Shown here one piece after another: positions 49,366 through 59,365 of a stretch of DNA of 64,000 nt. Below the pieces are notes generated by a model that had not been told where the DNA came from, did not search any database, and saw only the letters and a list, made by a program, of their open reading frames with translations. The stretch is taken from contig BTVV01000019.1 in the NCBI GenBank assembly GCA_045863855.1, forward strand, positions 1 through 64,000. The letters run 5' to 3'. Position 1 is the stretch's first letter. Each line of letters starts with the position of its first letter. Made by a program: the position numbers and the translations under genes. Source of the stretch: Planctomycetota bacterium (GTDB lineage: Bacteria; Planctomycetota; SZUA-567; H5-PLA8).

Positions 49366-50307
49366 ATGTCCCAGCCCCTCATCGCGATTCTGCGCAACAA
49401 CCTGCTGCCCTCGATCGAAGGTTTGACGCGCACCGAGCTGATCCTCCCCGATCAAGCCGGTAAACCCGCCGTGGGGCCGTGGCCGCCCGAACCGGCCGCG
49501 GGAGCCGGCGAACCGGCGGGCGCCGATCTGCCCGACGCATCGTTCGGCTACGGCGGACATGCGACGCTGGAAGTGGTCTTTGGGTTTTCGGGCCGCGCCG
49601 AATTGGTGCTCGGCGGGCAGCGCTACATCTTGGCCGAAGGCGAAGCCGCCCTGGTCCCGCCCTACGTCCCGCACCTGGAACGCCTGGCCAGCTTGCACCA
49701 AGCCTACCACCTCATCTGGCTGCGCATCGCCACCGACCGCATCGCGATTCACGGGAGCAGCTACAGCCGCGGCAACCGCTTTCAGTTGGTGCGCGGAGCG
49801 ACGGTCGCGCCCAGCGGCGCCATTGCGCGTTTCTTCGAAGGCGCGGTCGAAGAGTCCATCTCGCGCGGACCGCTCTGGTTTACGCTCGTGCGAGCGCGCA
49901 TGGCCGAAGGCCTGGTCCGTATCATTCGGCACCTCGACACCCACGGCCTCGGCCAAAGCCCCGAAGACTCGCGCCGAAATGTCATCGATGTGGCCAAATC
50001 GTTCATCCAAAGCCATTTTTCGGAAGACCTCTCGCTGGAACAGATCGCCCGGGAAGTCTACTTGAGCCCCAATTACTTCAGCTCGTTGTTCACCCAGGCT
50101 TCCGGCGTCACGGTCTTCGAGTACCTCCAGCAGGTGCGGCTCGAAGAAGCGATGCGCCTCCTGCGCGAGAGCGAGCATTCCATATTGGGCATCGCGCGGC
50201 GCGTCGGGATTCATTCGGCTTCGTACTTCAGCCGCCTCTTCAAACGCCATACGGGGCTCTCGGCGCGGGATTACCGGCAAAAAGCCCAATCGGGCAGCCT
50301 CAAATAG
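49366..50307 (+). CDS. AraC-family regulator
   Basis: LSLEQIAREVYLSPNYFSSLF...RLEEAMRLL...SYFSRLFKRHTG; RBS GGAG. Confidence 0.93.
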   Translation: MSQPLIAILRNNLLPSIEGLTRTELILPDQAGKPAVGPWPPEPAAGAGEPAGADLPDASFGYGGHATLEVVFGFSGRAELVLGGQRYILAEGEAALVPPYVPHLERLASLHQAYHLIWLRIATDRIAIHGSSYSRGNRFQLVRGATVAPSGAIARFFEGAVEESISRGPLWFTLVRARMAEGLVRIIRHLDTHGLGQSPEDSRRNVIDVAKSFIQSHFSEDLSLEQIAREVYLSPNYFSSLFTQASGVTVFEYLQQVRLEEAMRLLRESEHSILGIARRVGIHSASYFSRLFKRHTGLSARDYRQKAQSGSLK

Positions 50308-50316
50308 ACCGGGGAA

Positions 50317-50335
50317 CCGTAAAATCGGTCAAGAG
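50317..50335 (+). promoter_or_regulatory. Candidate AraC-binding motif, copy 1
   Basis: CCGTAAAATCGGTCAAGAG, 16/19 identical to 56587-56605. Confidence 0.5.
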
Positions 50336-50423
50336 TTTACGATGGGCTCCGAATCCGGGGCCAATTCGGTGGGGTATCTACTGGTATAGGCACGCTTTGC
50401 CGGTTCCCGAGTGGAGGTTTCGC

Positions 50424-51674
50424 ATGTCCCGCTCCTCTTCCCCGCTCCAGGCCGGCGCCGCGATGCGGACGATCAACCCGCCCTTGGGCGCGCCGCTGAT
50501 CGGGTACCCCTCCGACCGCCCGAACACGGGCATCGGGCTGGACCTGTGCGTCCGCGCGGCGCTCTTCGGTCCCGCCGGTTCCGGGACGCCGGCCTCGGCC
50601 GTCGTAGTCCTGGATACGTTGGGCGTAAGCCCCGACCTCGTGGCCGAGATTCGCGCGCTCGCCTCCGCCGCGGCGCCGGGCTTGCCCCGCGAAGCGATCC
50701 TGGTGGCGGCCACGCACACCCATTCGGCTCCGACCTTGATGCCCTTTCGCAAAGGCAACATGGATGCGCAGCCCGACCGCGCCTACCGCGCGCACGTCTT
50801 GGCCCAGATCGAACCGCTGATCCGCGAAGCCTGGAGCAACCGCGCGGACGTGACGGCGCGCGTGGGACTCACCGAGGCCAAGTGGGGCATGAACCGCCGC
50901 GTCGTGGATAAAGCCGGAAAGGCCACGAACGTCTGGCGCGATCCGCAAGGCCGGCACCCCGGGTACTGCAATTCGAACCTCCGCTTCGCCGTTTTCGAAC
51001 GCGTCTCAGACGGCAAACCCCATGTGATCCTGAATACCTACGGCTGCCATCCGGTGGTGCTGGGCGGAGGAAACACACAAGTCAGCGCCGATTACCCCGG
51101 CTACCTCGTGCGCAAGCTGGAGGCGCAGACCGGAGCGGCCTGTCTCCACCTCACCAACGCGGCGGCGCAGATCAATCCCCGCGATCCGCTGTACGACGAT
51201 CCCGAACGCGCGCGGCCCATGGGCGAAGCGCTCGCCGCGGAAATTGCCGCCGCCTTGCCCTACGCGCGCCCCCTGGAAGGAACCGCCTTCGGACACGTGC
51301 GCGTCCCGCTGAACTTGAAGCTGGGGCCGGAGGCGCGCGCCAACTACAGCGCGCGGGCCAAGGACAGCAGCGACGGCCAGACCCTCGCCAGCGAAATCCA
51401 GGCGCTGAAGATCGGAGACCTCGCATTCGTCACGGCTCCGGGAGAACTCTTCGCCGAACTCGGCGTGGCCCTGGAGAATCAGAGCCCCTTCCGGCATACC
51501 TTCGTGGTCACCTACGCGAACGACAATCTGGGCTATCTCTTCACGGACAGCGCCTACCGCGAGGGTGGATACGAACCCAAGGGCGCGATCTCCGAAGATA
51601 TCGAAGCCCCGCTGCTGGCCGCCGGCCGCGCGGCCCTGGAAACCGCTTACTCGCACGCCGCACAAGGAGCCTGA
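50424..51674 (+). CDS. Neutral/alkaline ceramidase-like amidohydrolase
   Basis: RBS GGAGG; ATHTHSAP, NRR, YGCHP, SADYPG, PGELF, YAND..GY, GGYE. Confidence 0.85.
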   Translation: MSRSSSPLQAGAAMRTINPPLGAPLIGYPSDRPNTGIGLDLCVRAALFGPAGSGTPASAVVVLDTLGVSPDLVAEIRALASAAAPGLPREAILVAATHTHSAPTLMPFRKGNMDAQPDRAYRAHVLAQIEPLIREAWSNRADVTARVGLTEAKWGMNRRVVDKAGKATNVWRDPQGRHPGYCNSNLRFAVFERVSDGKPHVILNTYGCHPVVLGGGNTQVSADYPGYLVRKLEAQTGAACLHLTNAAAQINPRDPLYDDPERARPMGEALAAEIAAALPYARPLEGTAFGHVRVPLNLKLGPEARANYSARAKDSSDGQTLASEIQALKIGDLAFVTAPGELFAELGVALENQSPFRHTFVVTYANDNLGYLFTDSAYREGGYEPKGAISEDIEAPLLAAGRAALETAYSHAAQGA

Positions 51675-51677
51675 ACC

Positions 51678-53045
51678 ATGCGACCGCTCGCGCTGCTGCT
51701 GGCCTTCTCCCTTCCCGCGTTGCACGCCTACGACGCGCCGAAGATCGACGACGAGAAAGATCGCCAGGTGCTCGCCGGGTTCCTGCAGCACACGGCCAAG
51801 GTCACCGATACCCTCACGCCCGAATACGCCAAGACGCAAGCCGCCAAGGACCCCGAAAGCTACTGCTGGATTGTGCTCAAGTATCAGAAGATGCCGCTTA
51901 CGGCTTACCACCTCACCGGCGACGCGAAGTACCTCGACCAGTTCGTCGCCTGCTTCGCGAACCTGCAAACCGCACTGACCCAAGACGCCAAAGGGTTCAA
52001 AGGCTGGTACGGCAAGCCCCTCCCGATCTTCCAGAATCCCGATCAGCCGGACTTGATGCTGGATGTGATCATCACCAGCTTCAGCGCGGTCAAAATCCTG
52101 AGCGAGTTCATCGAAACGATCGACGCCGAACCCGCGCTCAAGGAAAAGTTCGCCAAGGAACGCGCGGCCTACCTCGACCTGATGGAAAACCACCTGGTCA
52201 AGAAGTGGGAATCGCGCGGCAGCTACGTGGACCTGGGCGCGACCGGCGCGATCTACCGCGGCAATCCGGAATTGCGGGCGACCAAGGCGCTGCTCACCAT
52301 GCCGCACAACAAGCACGAGATCATCGCCGCCGGGCTCTTGGCGCTGCACCGCGTCACCGGCAACGCCGAGTACCTCAAGAAGGCCATCAAGCTCGGCGTG
52401 CGCTTTAAGCACTGCCTCTCGATCAAGGACGGCGCGTACGCCTGGAACTACTGGGATCCGGCCGGCGCCTGGGACATCGACACCGCCGATGCGGCCAAGT
52501 GGAAGCACTGGATCGGCGTCGAACATAAGGGCGGCTACTACGCCGCTTCGCTCACCCTCGCTGTCCTCCTGCACCATCACGGCTTGGTCTTCGATGCCGA
52601 AGATATGAAGCGCTTCGTCAAGACGCAGACGGAGAAAGCCTGGAACGGCGACTTCGAGAATCCCAAGTGGGCCCGCTGCGACGGCACCACCTCCGAAAAA
52701 TACATGCAGGGCGCGTACATGTGCGGTTCCCTCGCCCCGTTCGACGAACGCATCGCGAAGTTCTGCTTCGAAGGCGCGCGCCAGGAAGAACGCGTCAAGA
52801 ACGCCAATCACGGCTGGCAAGGCGGCATCGTGGCCTCCGGCTACCTCGAAGGCAAGTACGTCACCCGCCCGCAGGCGCTGGGCGGCAAGCAGGTTCACAA
52901 GGAAGTCGGCGAGCGCTTCCGGGCGAACTCGGAGCACGCCGCGTGGCTGAAGGACCTGGAGTTCAGCGTCGAAGGCGCGGGCTATGTGCCGCCCAAGACG
53001 CCGCCCGAATTCAAAAATCTCCCCGCCGAACCGGCGGCGAAATAA
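51678..53045 (+). CDS. Secreted hypothetical protein (helical, possible alpha/alpha-toroid glycan enzyme)
   Basis: RBS AAGGAG; signal peptide; AYHLTGDAKYL and LHRVTGNAEYL repeats. Confidence 0.7.
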   Translation: MRPLALLLAFSLPALHAYDAPKIDDEKDRQVLAGFLQHTAKVTDTLTPEYAKTQAAKDPESYCWIVLKYQKMPLTAYHLTGDAKYLDQFVACFANLQTALTQDAKGFKGWYGKPLPIFQNPDQPDLMLDVIITSFSAVKILSEFIETIDAEPALKEKFAKERAAYLDLMENHLVKKWESRGSYVDLGATGAIYRGNPELRATKALLTMPHNKHEIIAAGLLALHRVTGNAEYLKKAIKLGVRFKHCLSIKDGAYAWNYWDPAGAWDIDTADAAKWKHWIGVEHKGGYYAASLTLAVLLHHHGLVFDAEDMKRFVKTQTEKAWNGDFENPKWARCDGTTSEKYMQGAYMCGSLAPFDERIAKFCFEGARQEERVKNANHGWQGGIVASGYLEGKYVTRPQALGGKQVHKEVGERFRANSEHAAWLKDLEFSVEGAGYVPPKTPPEFKNLPAEPAAK

Positions 53046-53090
53046 CCGGATAGTCGCGGTTCTAAATCCAAGCGAAAGGAAGGGCTTCGT

Positions 53091-54500
53091 ATGAATGCTC
53101 AGCGCACCGTATTGCCTTTGCTCCTGGCCCTGGCGTGGCCGGGACTGGGAAGCGCGTCCGATGCCGCTCCGGAGGCGCCCAAACTCGAAGCCCTGGAGCA
53201 ACGCGCTTCGATCGAAAAGGACGGGATCACCTGGACCTTCGAACAGCCCGCGCGCGTCGGGCGTTTCGTCACCGGCGACTGGTACGTCGTCGGAGCCGCG
53301 ACGGTCGTCAAGATTGATCCTGCGCCTACCGACGAACGCAACAACTCCGCGCTCAATCTACCGGCCGACGAATACAGCGCCGGCGCGAGCCCCTTCGACA
53401 GCCGCGTCGAACAGGGCCGCGGCCAGAAAGGCCTGAAGCTGCGCGCCAAGCTCCCCATTGCGCTCAAACCCGGCGATGCGCTCATCTCGTCCATCAGCAC
53501 CGAAATCCGCTCGCTGCCCAGCCCGCTGCGCGAAAGCGACAAGAACATCAGTCCCGTGGGCAGCGTCTCGATCCTCACGTGCCTCAAGGAACCCGCGCCC
53601 CCCGATGCCTTCCGGCCTTCGTACTGCGATCGCGGCCAGAAGCTGTATTTCGCGCGCGACCTGAAACGCGACCTCCTTCCCGCATTGGAGCGCACGCCCT
53701 CCGCGCCGAAGATCGAGGATTTCGCCAAGCTGTATGCGCGGCCGTGGCTGGACGTCTGCTTTTTCAGCTTCGATGCGCCCGCGCTTTACCAGCCGCAGTA
53801 CGGACGGGAACTCGGACGCGCCGCGGGCATGGGCGCGCTGCTGCTCTGCTCCAATTTCACCCCCGCCGAAAAGGAACCTCTCTTGATCGGCTTCGTCCAG
53901 CGCGGCATCGACCTGTGGGGCATCGCGCGCGCCGGATACGGCGGCTGGCAGGCCCACGGCGGGCACGGCAGCGGCCGAAAGCTCCCCCTCGTCCTCGCCG
54001 GCATCCTGCTGGGCGATACCGAGATGGCGCAGCCCAACAAGACGCTCCCCAATCTGCGCTTCGGCGAAGACATGCAGACCATGTACGACGAAGGTTGGAC
54101 CGGGGCGAAGGCCGTCTACGCCGGCCACGTCGGCAAGGACGGCGTGCCCGGCAAGCCCGACTGGGGGCGCTACGAGCACCTGCCTCCCGCACAGTGGCCC
54201 GGCGATCTGGGCGAAAGCTACCGGCGCTGCTGCACCAGCCTCGCCTGGGTCGGCCAGGCCCTGGCCCTGCGGCTTCTTAAGGCCCAGCCGCAATGGGGTC
54301 ACGACGCCTTCTTCGATTACGTCGACCGCTGGATGACCGAGGACGACACCCAGGCGCTGGAAGAAATCAAGAAAGGCCGCGGCAGGGACTACACCGCCGA
54401 CTGGTCGCGCCAGCGCCAATGCTGGGATAAATTTGTCGAAGAAATGTGGAGTAAATACCGCAACCTGAAGCCGGATGCTGCCGGCAAGGCGGGTGAATGA
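53091..54500 (+). CDS. Secreted hypothetical protein
   Basis: Signal peptide; GITWTF...VGRFVTGDWYVVG; YRRCCTS...HDAFFDYVDRWM. Confidence 0.7.
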   Translation: MNAQRTVLPLLLALAWPGLGSASDAAPEAPKLEALEQRASIEKDGITWTFEQPARVGRFVTGDWYVVGAATVVKIDPAPTDERNNSALNLPADEYSAGASPFDSRVEQGRGQKGLKLRAKLPIALKPGDALISSISTEIRSLPSPLRESDKNISPVGSVSILTCLKEPAPPDAFRPSYCDRGQKLYFARDLKRDLLPALERTPSAPKIEDFAKLYARPWLDVCFFSFDAPALYQPQYGRELGRAAGMGALLLCSNFTPAEKEPLLIGFVQRGIDLWGIARAGYGGWQAHGGHGSGRKLPLVLAGILLGDTEMAQPNKTLPNLRFGEDMQTMYDEGWTGAKAVYAGHVGKDGVPGKPDWGRYEHLPPAQWPGDLGESYRRCCTSLAWVGQALALRLLKAQPQWGHDAFFDYVDRWMTEDDTQALEEIKKGRGRDYTADWSRQRQCWDKFVEEMWSKYRNLKPDAAGKAGE

Positions 54501-55354
54501 TGAATTCGAGCGCCTCCAAGGAAACGCGCAAGCGCACGGTTCGCTTCGAGCCCGCGCCACGTACGCCCGAACAGAAGGCTTTCGTCTCCGCCTTCGAGTT
54601 CGAAGCCCCCGGCGCGCCGCGCTTGGCGCAGCTTCGCGAACGCTACGCGCTGGATGCCTTGATCTCGCCCGGTTGCGGCGAAATGGAAAAGCTGCGGCTC
54701 CTGAGCGACTGGACCTACGAACGCTTCCGCATGTTCGGCCGGCCCTCGGCGAAGACCGAAGACGCGCTGGAAATCCTCGAGCATTGCGCCGCCGGGCACA
54801 CCTTCTACTGCGCGCATTACGCCATCGTGATGTGCGCCGCGGCCACGGCCCTGGGCTGGCACGCCCGCGTGCTCAGTCTGCGCCGCGCCGACTATCCCGA
54901 CCGCGTGAGTAACCACAACATCGTCGAGCTTTGGTCGGCCGAACACGCCAAGTGGATACTCTGGGATCCCACGCTCAATTTCTCCCTCGAACGCCGCGGC
55001 GTTCCGCTCAATGCCTACGAAGCCGCGCGCGCCTGGTTCCGCGACGACGGCGCGGAGCTGGATATCCTCGTGGGTCCGCAGGCCAAACGCTGCGCCAAGG
55101 CGGATCTGCCCATCGAGTACCGCCACTATCCGAATTTCGGCTGGCAGAAGCTTTCGGAACGCGGCATGAACAGCTTCGCCTGCCTCGCGTATGTCCCCAC
55201 CAACCGGCTCCTGGGCGCTTACCCCGGTCGAACCATCGAGCATTGGGCCGACTGGCCCGGCATCCACGTGATCGAGACCGCGTTGCAGCCGGACTGGACG
55301 GAACAGGCCGAATTGTTGGCGCCCTACTACCCCGTGACCGGAAGAGAATCGTGA
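54497..55354 (+). CDS. Transglutaminase-like domain protein
   Basis: Cys-His-Asp triad pattern FYCAHY...NHNIVELW...WILWDPT; ATGA overlap with the upstream gene. Confidence 0.8.
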   Translation: MMNSSASKETRKRTVRFEPAPRTPEQKAFVSAFEFEAPGAPRLAQLRERYALDALISPGCGEMEKLRLLSDWTYERFRMFGRPSAKTEDALEILEHCAAGHTFYCAHYAIVMCAAATALGWHARVLSLRRADYPDRVSNHNIVELWSAEHAKWILWDPTLNFSLERRGVPLNAYEAARAWFRDDGAELDILVGPQAKRCAKADLPIEYRHYPNFGWQKLSERGMNSFACLAYVPTNRLLGAYPGRTIEHWADWPGIHVIETALQPDWTEQAELLAPYYPVTGRES

Positions 55355-55380
55355 ACCGCCACTCGCGAGGATCGTTCATC

Positions 55381-56577
55381 ATGCTCCGCTTCGTCTGGCT
55401 GCTGCCGCTGGTTCTCTGCGGCCTCTCGCACGCGCTCCTTTCCGCCGAGGCGGTCAGATCGGTGGAGATTGGAGCGCAGCGCGAACTGCGCGTGAACGGG
55501 CAGCCGTTTTTTCCGATCATGTCCTGGGCGCAGGCCACGTCCCGGTTCCAAAAGCTGAAAGATCTGGGCTTCAATACCTTTTGCGGCAGCGGCAAGACCG
55601 CGAAAGAAGCGCTGGATGCCGCGCAGGCCGCCGGCGGACTCGCGTTGGTCCATGCCAGCGCCTTCGATTCCGGCATCAAAGGCCACCCCGCCCTGCTGGG
55701 ATACGCCCTGCGCGACGAGCCCGACATGGGCATCGGCAAGGGTACGCCCAAAGTATCTGCAGAAGAGATCGCTAACTGGCGCAAGACCATTGGCGAACAG
55801 GATCCCAGCCGGCCGGTCTTTCTGAATTTTACCGCAGATTTCATGCAGGAATTCTTCGGTAAGAAGCCGGACGTCCAGGCCTACTACGCCGCCGCGGCAA
55901 AGTCCGCCGATATCCTCTGCTTCGACATCTATCCGATTTACCAGCAGAACCGCGACGACCGGCTGATCTGGGTGGCCGAAGGCGTCAGCGATTTGCGCAC
56001 GCTGGCCGGTCCCGCCAAGCCCGTCTGGGCTTGGATCGAAACCAGTAAGGGCAGCAAGTGGATCACCTACGAGCGCCAGAAGGACGTCACACCCGAGATC
56101 ACCCGCGCCGAAGTCTGGATGGCCGTCATCCGCGGCGCCACCGGCATCGGTTTCTTCACGCACGCATGGCGGCCGTCCTTCAGCGAGTTCGCCCCCGGCG
56201 AAGCCATGCAGGCCGAACTGAAGCGCACCAACGAACAGCTCGCCCGGCTGGGGCCGGTCCTTCTCGCGGCGCAGACCGCGCGCAAAGCCGCCGTCGCTTT
56301 CGATTCCAAGCAGCCCGGCGAGGTTTTGCTGCGCGAGCACGACGGTTGGGTCTACCTCTTCGCGAACAACCTGGATATGCAGGACCTCGGCGCGCGCAAG
56401 GACGACGTCAAAGCCACCTACCGCGGCGGCAGCGCCACCCTGAGCGTGGATGGTCTCACGGCCGGCACGGAGATCGAAGTCGTCGACGAGAACCGCTCGA
56501 TCCAGGCCCAGGCCGGATCCTTTAGGGACGACTTTAAGCCTTTAGAGGTGCATATTTACCGCTTCAAGCAGCCGTAA
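55381..56577 (+). CDS. Secreted TIM-barrel glycoside hydrolase-like protein
   Basis: Signal peptide; VNGQPFFPI, GFNT, HPALLGYALRDEPD, FDIYP, WAWIE, GATGIGFF. Confidence 0.72.
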   Translation: MLRFVWLLPLVLCGLSHALLSAEAVRSVEIGAQRELRVNGQPFFPIMSWAQATSRFQKLKDLGFNTFCGSGKTAKEALDAAQAAGGLALVHASAFDSGIKGHPALLGYALRDEPDMGIGKGTPKVSAEEIANWRKTIGEQDPSRPVFLNFTADFMQEFFGKKPDVQAYYAAAAKSADILCFDIYPIYQQNRDDRLIWVAEGVSDLRTLAGPAKPVWAWIETSKGSKWITYERQKDVTPEITRAEVWMAVIRGATGIGFFTHAWRPSFSEFAPGEAMQAELKRTNEQLARLGPVLLAAQTARKAAVAFDSKQPGEVLLREHDGWVYLFANNLDMQDLGARKDDVKATYRGGSATLSVDGLTAGTEIEVVDENRSIQAQAGSFRDDFKPLEVHIYRFKQP

Positions 56578-56586
56578 CCCGACAGT

Positions 56587-56605
56587 CCATAAAATCCGTC
56601 AAAAG
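56587..56605 (+). promoter_or_regulatory. Candidate AraC-binding motif, copy 2
   Basis: CCATAAAATCCGTCAAAAG, 16/19 identical to 50317-50335. Confidence 0.5.
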
Positions 56606-56693
56606 CGCCCCCTCTATTCCAAAGAAAGTGCAGCCGCTCCGGAGGTATCTTCCCTCAAGTGGAAGCTAGCCGTTCAACCCGGAGACCGCTCGC

Positions 56694-57980
56694 ATGCCCT
56701 GCCCCGCCGCCCCGCTCGTTCGCTCCAAGCCCGCCCTCCTCGGCGGCAAGCCCTTGGTCACGCCCGCCATGCGCGTCACTTGGCCTCCGCGCGGCGAGCC
56801 CGAACGCAAAGCGATCCTGGAAGTGCTTGAGAGCGGCCAATGGTGGCGCGGCGGAACGCGGCAGCAAATGGCGCAGAGCGTGACCGGCCGCTTCGAACGC
56901 GCCTTCGCCAAGTGGCAGGGCGCGAAGCACGCACTCTGCGTAAGCAACGGAACCGCCGCGCTGGAGCTGGCGCTGAAGGCCGGCGGTGTGGAAGCCGGCG
57001 ACGAAGTAATCGTTCCCGCACTCTCGTTTGTCGCCACCGCCACCGCCGTACCGCTCATCGGCGCGCGCGCGGTCTTCGCCGACGCCGATCCCGAAACCTA
57101 CCAGACCGATCCGGCCAGCGTCGAAGCCGCCATCACGCCGCGCACGAAGGCCATCGTCGTCGTCCACTACGGCGGCTACTGCGCCGACATGGACCGCTTC
57201 ACCAAGCTCGCGAAGAAGCATAAACTCCTGCTCATCGAAGACTGCGCGCACGCGCAAGGCAGCCAGTGGCGCGGCCGCGGCGCCGGTTCCTGGGGCGACG
57301 CCGGCTGCTTCAGCTTTCAGCAAAGCAAAGCGCTCACCGCCGGCGAAGGCGGCGCCGTCATCTCCAACAGCGACGTCCTCGCCGAAAAGCTCTACAGCTA
57401 CCATCACCTCGGCCGCCTCGAAGACCAGGGCTTCTACGACTTCCACCGCGTCGCCTGGAACCTCCGCCTCACCGAATGGCAAGGCGCGATCCTGAACGAA
57501 CAGCTCAAGCGCGTGAAGAAGCTGACCTTGATCAAGCAGCGCAACGGCGCCTGGTTGAGCAAACGGCTCGAACAGCTCGGCGGCCTGCTCCCGCTCAAGC
57601 GCGATCCGCGCATCACACGCCGCGGCTACTATTTCTATCTGATGCGTTACGACGCCCGCGCCTTCGGCGGACTCGCCAAAGCCCGGTTCGTCCAGGCGCT
57701 GCAAGCCGAAGGACTCCCGGTCAGCCAGGCATACGGCCGCGCAATCCAGCGCAATCCGGTCTTCGCGCAGATGAAAGACGAGCGCGGACGCCTGATCTAC
57801 GCCCGCACAAGCACCCCGAACGCCGACCGGATCTGCGCCGAAACGCAGCTCACGCTCGGACACACCGCTTTACTCTCCCGGCCGCTCTTGGAAGCGTTTG
57901 TCGCCTCGGTCGAACGCATCCGGGCGCATGCAAGCGAAATCAGGAATCAAGGCCAGGATGCCGCGCGCGCGGCGGGATGA
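56694..57980 (+). CDS. DegT/DnrJ/EryC1/StrS PLP aminotransferase
   Basis: SNGTAALE, PALSFVAT, IEDCAHAQG, FSFQQSKALTAGEGG. Confidence 0.95.
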   Translation: MPCPAAPLVRSKPALLGGKPLVTPAMRVTWPPRGEPERKAILEVLESGQWWRGGTRQQMAQSVTGRFERAFAKWQGAKHALCVSNGTAALELALKAGGVEAGDEVIVPALSFVATATAVPLIGARAVFADADPETYQTDPASVEAAITPRTKAIVVVHYGGYCADMDRFTKLAKKHKLLLIEDCAHAQGSQWRGRGAGSWGDAGCFSFQQSKALTAGEGGAVISNSDVLAEKLYSYHHLGRLEDQGFYDFHRVAWNLRLTEWQGAILNEQLKRVKKLTLIKQRNGAWLSKRLEQLGGLLPLKRDPRITRRGYYFYLMRYDARAFGGLAKARFVQALQAEGLPVSQAYGRAIQRNPVFAQMKDERGRLIYARTSTPNADRICAETQLTLGHTALLSRPLLEAFVASVERIRAHASEIRNQGQDAARAAG

Positions 57981-57986
57981 TGCCTG

Positions 57987-59282
57987 TCACGCTTCCGGCG
58001 GCGGCGGCACCGCGCCGCTGCCGCGCACGAAGACCAGCCCGCGCAGTCTGAAGAGCACCGCCGATACGCTGAACAGCGTGAAAACGCCCAGCGCCAGCAG
58101 GCATTGCTGGACATCCCAGCCCAGCTTCGAACGCATCAGCGCGTAGCATCCGCCGCCCGCGGCAATGAACAGGAAGTTCACGAAGTTGTAGGTGCCCAGA
58201 ATCCGCCCCACCAGCTTGTCCGGGCTGCGCGCCTGAATGATCGACTGGAACGGGATGATGAAGCAGCCCGCGAAACCGCCCAGCACCAGCAAAATGCCCT
58301 GAAGCTTCACGTAACTGGGATCGCCGAGGCCGCCGGGTTCCGCCGCCGCCGGAAGAGGCAGAAGCCCCATCGCCGCGTAGCACGCCGCCATGCCCGCAAC
58401 ACCCAGCGGAACCGAGTTCAAATTCCGTGCGGCGTCCTTGAACAAATACCCCGCCAGCACGCTCCCGACTCCGATCCCGATCATCAGCGGACCCACCAGC
58501 AGCGCCACCGCTTGATCGTCGATGAAAAGCGTCGCCTTGAAATCCGGCAGCGCGAGCACCGTCATCACCGCGATCTGGTAGAAAAGCCCGCCGCCCAGGC
58601 ACAGCCACAGCAGCACCCCGTCGCGACCCATGAACCCCAGTGCATTCCAGTACGGACCGACCGGCGTGCGCGAATAAGTAAGCCCGGGATCGCGAGCCGT
58701 CACGTGCGTCAGGAAAAAGCTGGAGATCATCCCCGCCAGAGCGAGCCCCACCATGATCAGCCCCGGCGCGTAGTCGTGCTCCGGGTAGCGTTTGCTCAAG
58801 AAGCCGCCCAGCAACTCGCCGCTCAGGATGCCGACATTGGTAAGCATGTTGATCGTCCCGTTCGCGCGCCCCAGCGCGTCGCGTTCGAGGATTTCCGGAA
58901 TCATCCCGTACTTGGCCGGCCCGAAGTAAGTCGCCTGCAGCGCCAGAACCATCAGCGAGGCCAGACCCAGCGAGAAGCTTTGCGTGGCGAGCGCCACGAG
59001 CGCCGCGAGCGAGATGGGAACTTCGAGGATCTTCATCCAGACGGCCACGCGCGTCTTGCTGTTGCGGTCGCCGAATTGCCCCGCCCAGCCGCTGAAGACG
59101 ATGAACGGTAGCGTGAAGAGCATCGTCACGATGCCCTGCCCGCCGTCGCCCAGCACCCCGGCCCAGACGCCGCCGGTCGTCACCTGCAGGATCAGGAACT
59201 GCTTCCACAGGTTGTCGTTGACCGCGCCGAAGAACTGCGTCACCAGCAACGCGTTGAATCCGCGGGTGAATACGCGCTGCAT
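57987..59282 (-). CDS. MFS transporter (LplT-like)
   Basis: TQFFGAVNDNLWK, LPFIVFSGWAGQFGDR, FGPAKYGMIPE; about 12 TM helices. Confidence 0.88.
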   Translation of the reverse strand: MQRVFTRGFNALLVTQFFGAVNDNLWKQFLILQVTTGGVWAGVLGDGGQGIVTMLFTLPFIVFSGWAGQFGDRNSKTRVAVWMKILEVPISLAALVALATQSFSLGLASLMVLALQATYFGPAKYGMIPEILERDALGRANGTINMLTNVGILSGELLGGFLSKRYPEHDYAPGLIMVGLALAGMISSFFLTHVTARDPGLTYSRTPVGPYWNALGFMGRDGVLLWLCLGGGLFYQIAVMTVLALPDFKATLFIDDQAVALLVGPLMIGIGVGSVLAGYLFKDAARNLNSVPLGVAGMAACYAAMGLLPLPAAAEPGGLGDPSYVKLQGILLVLGGFAGCFIIPFQSIIQARSPDKLVGRILGTYNFVNFLFIAAGGGCYALMRSKLGWDVQQCLLALGVFTLFSVSAVLFRLRGLVFVRGSGAVPPPPEA

Positions 59283-59365
59283 GCCGGCGCCTCGATCGAA
59301 GTGGACGGAGCGCCGTGAAGAATAGCCGCGTTCGCCGCGCCCGAAAGCGGCAAAGCCGGTATTTC

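Noticed and set aside
56694..57980. AHBA/aminoglycoside biosynthetic gene cluster
   Set aside because: No PKS/NRPS, cyclase, kinase or glycosyltransferase genes nearby.
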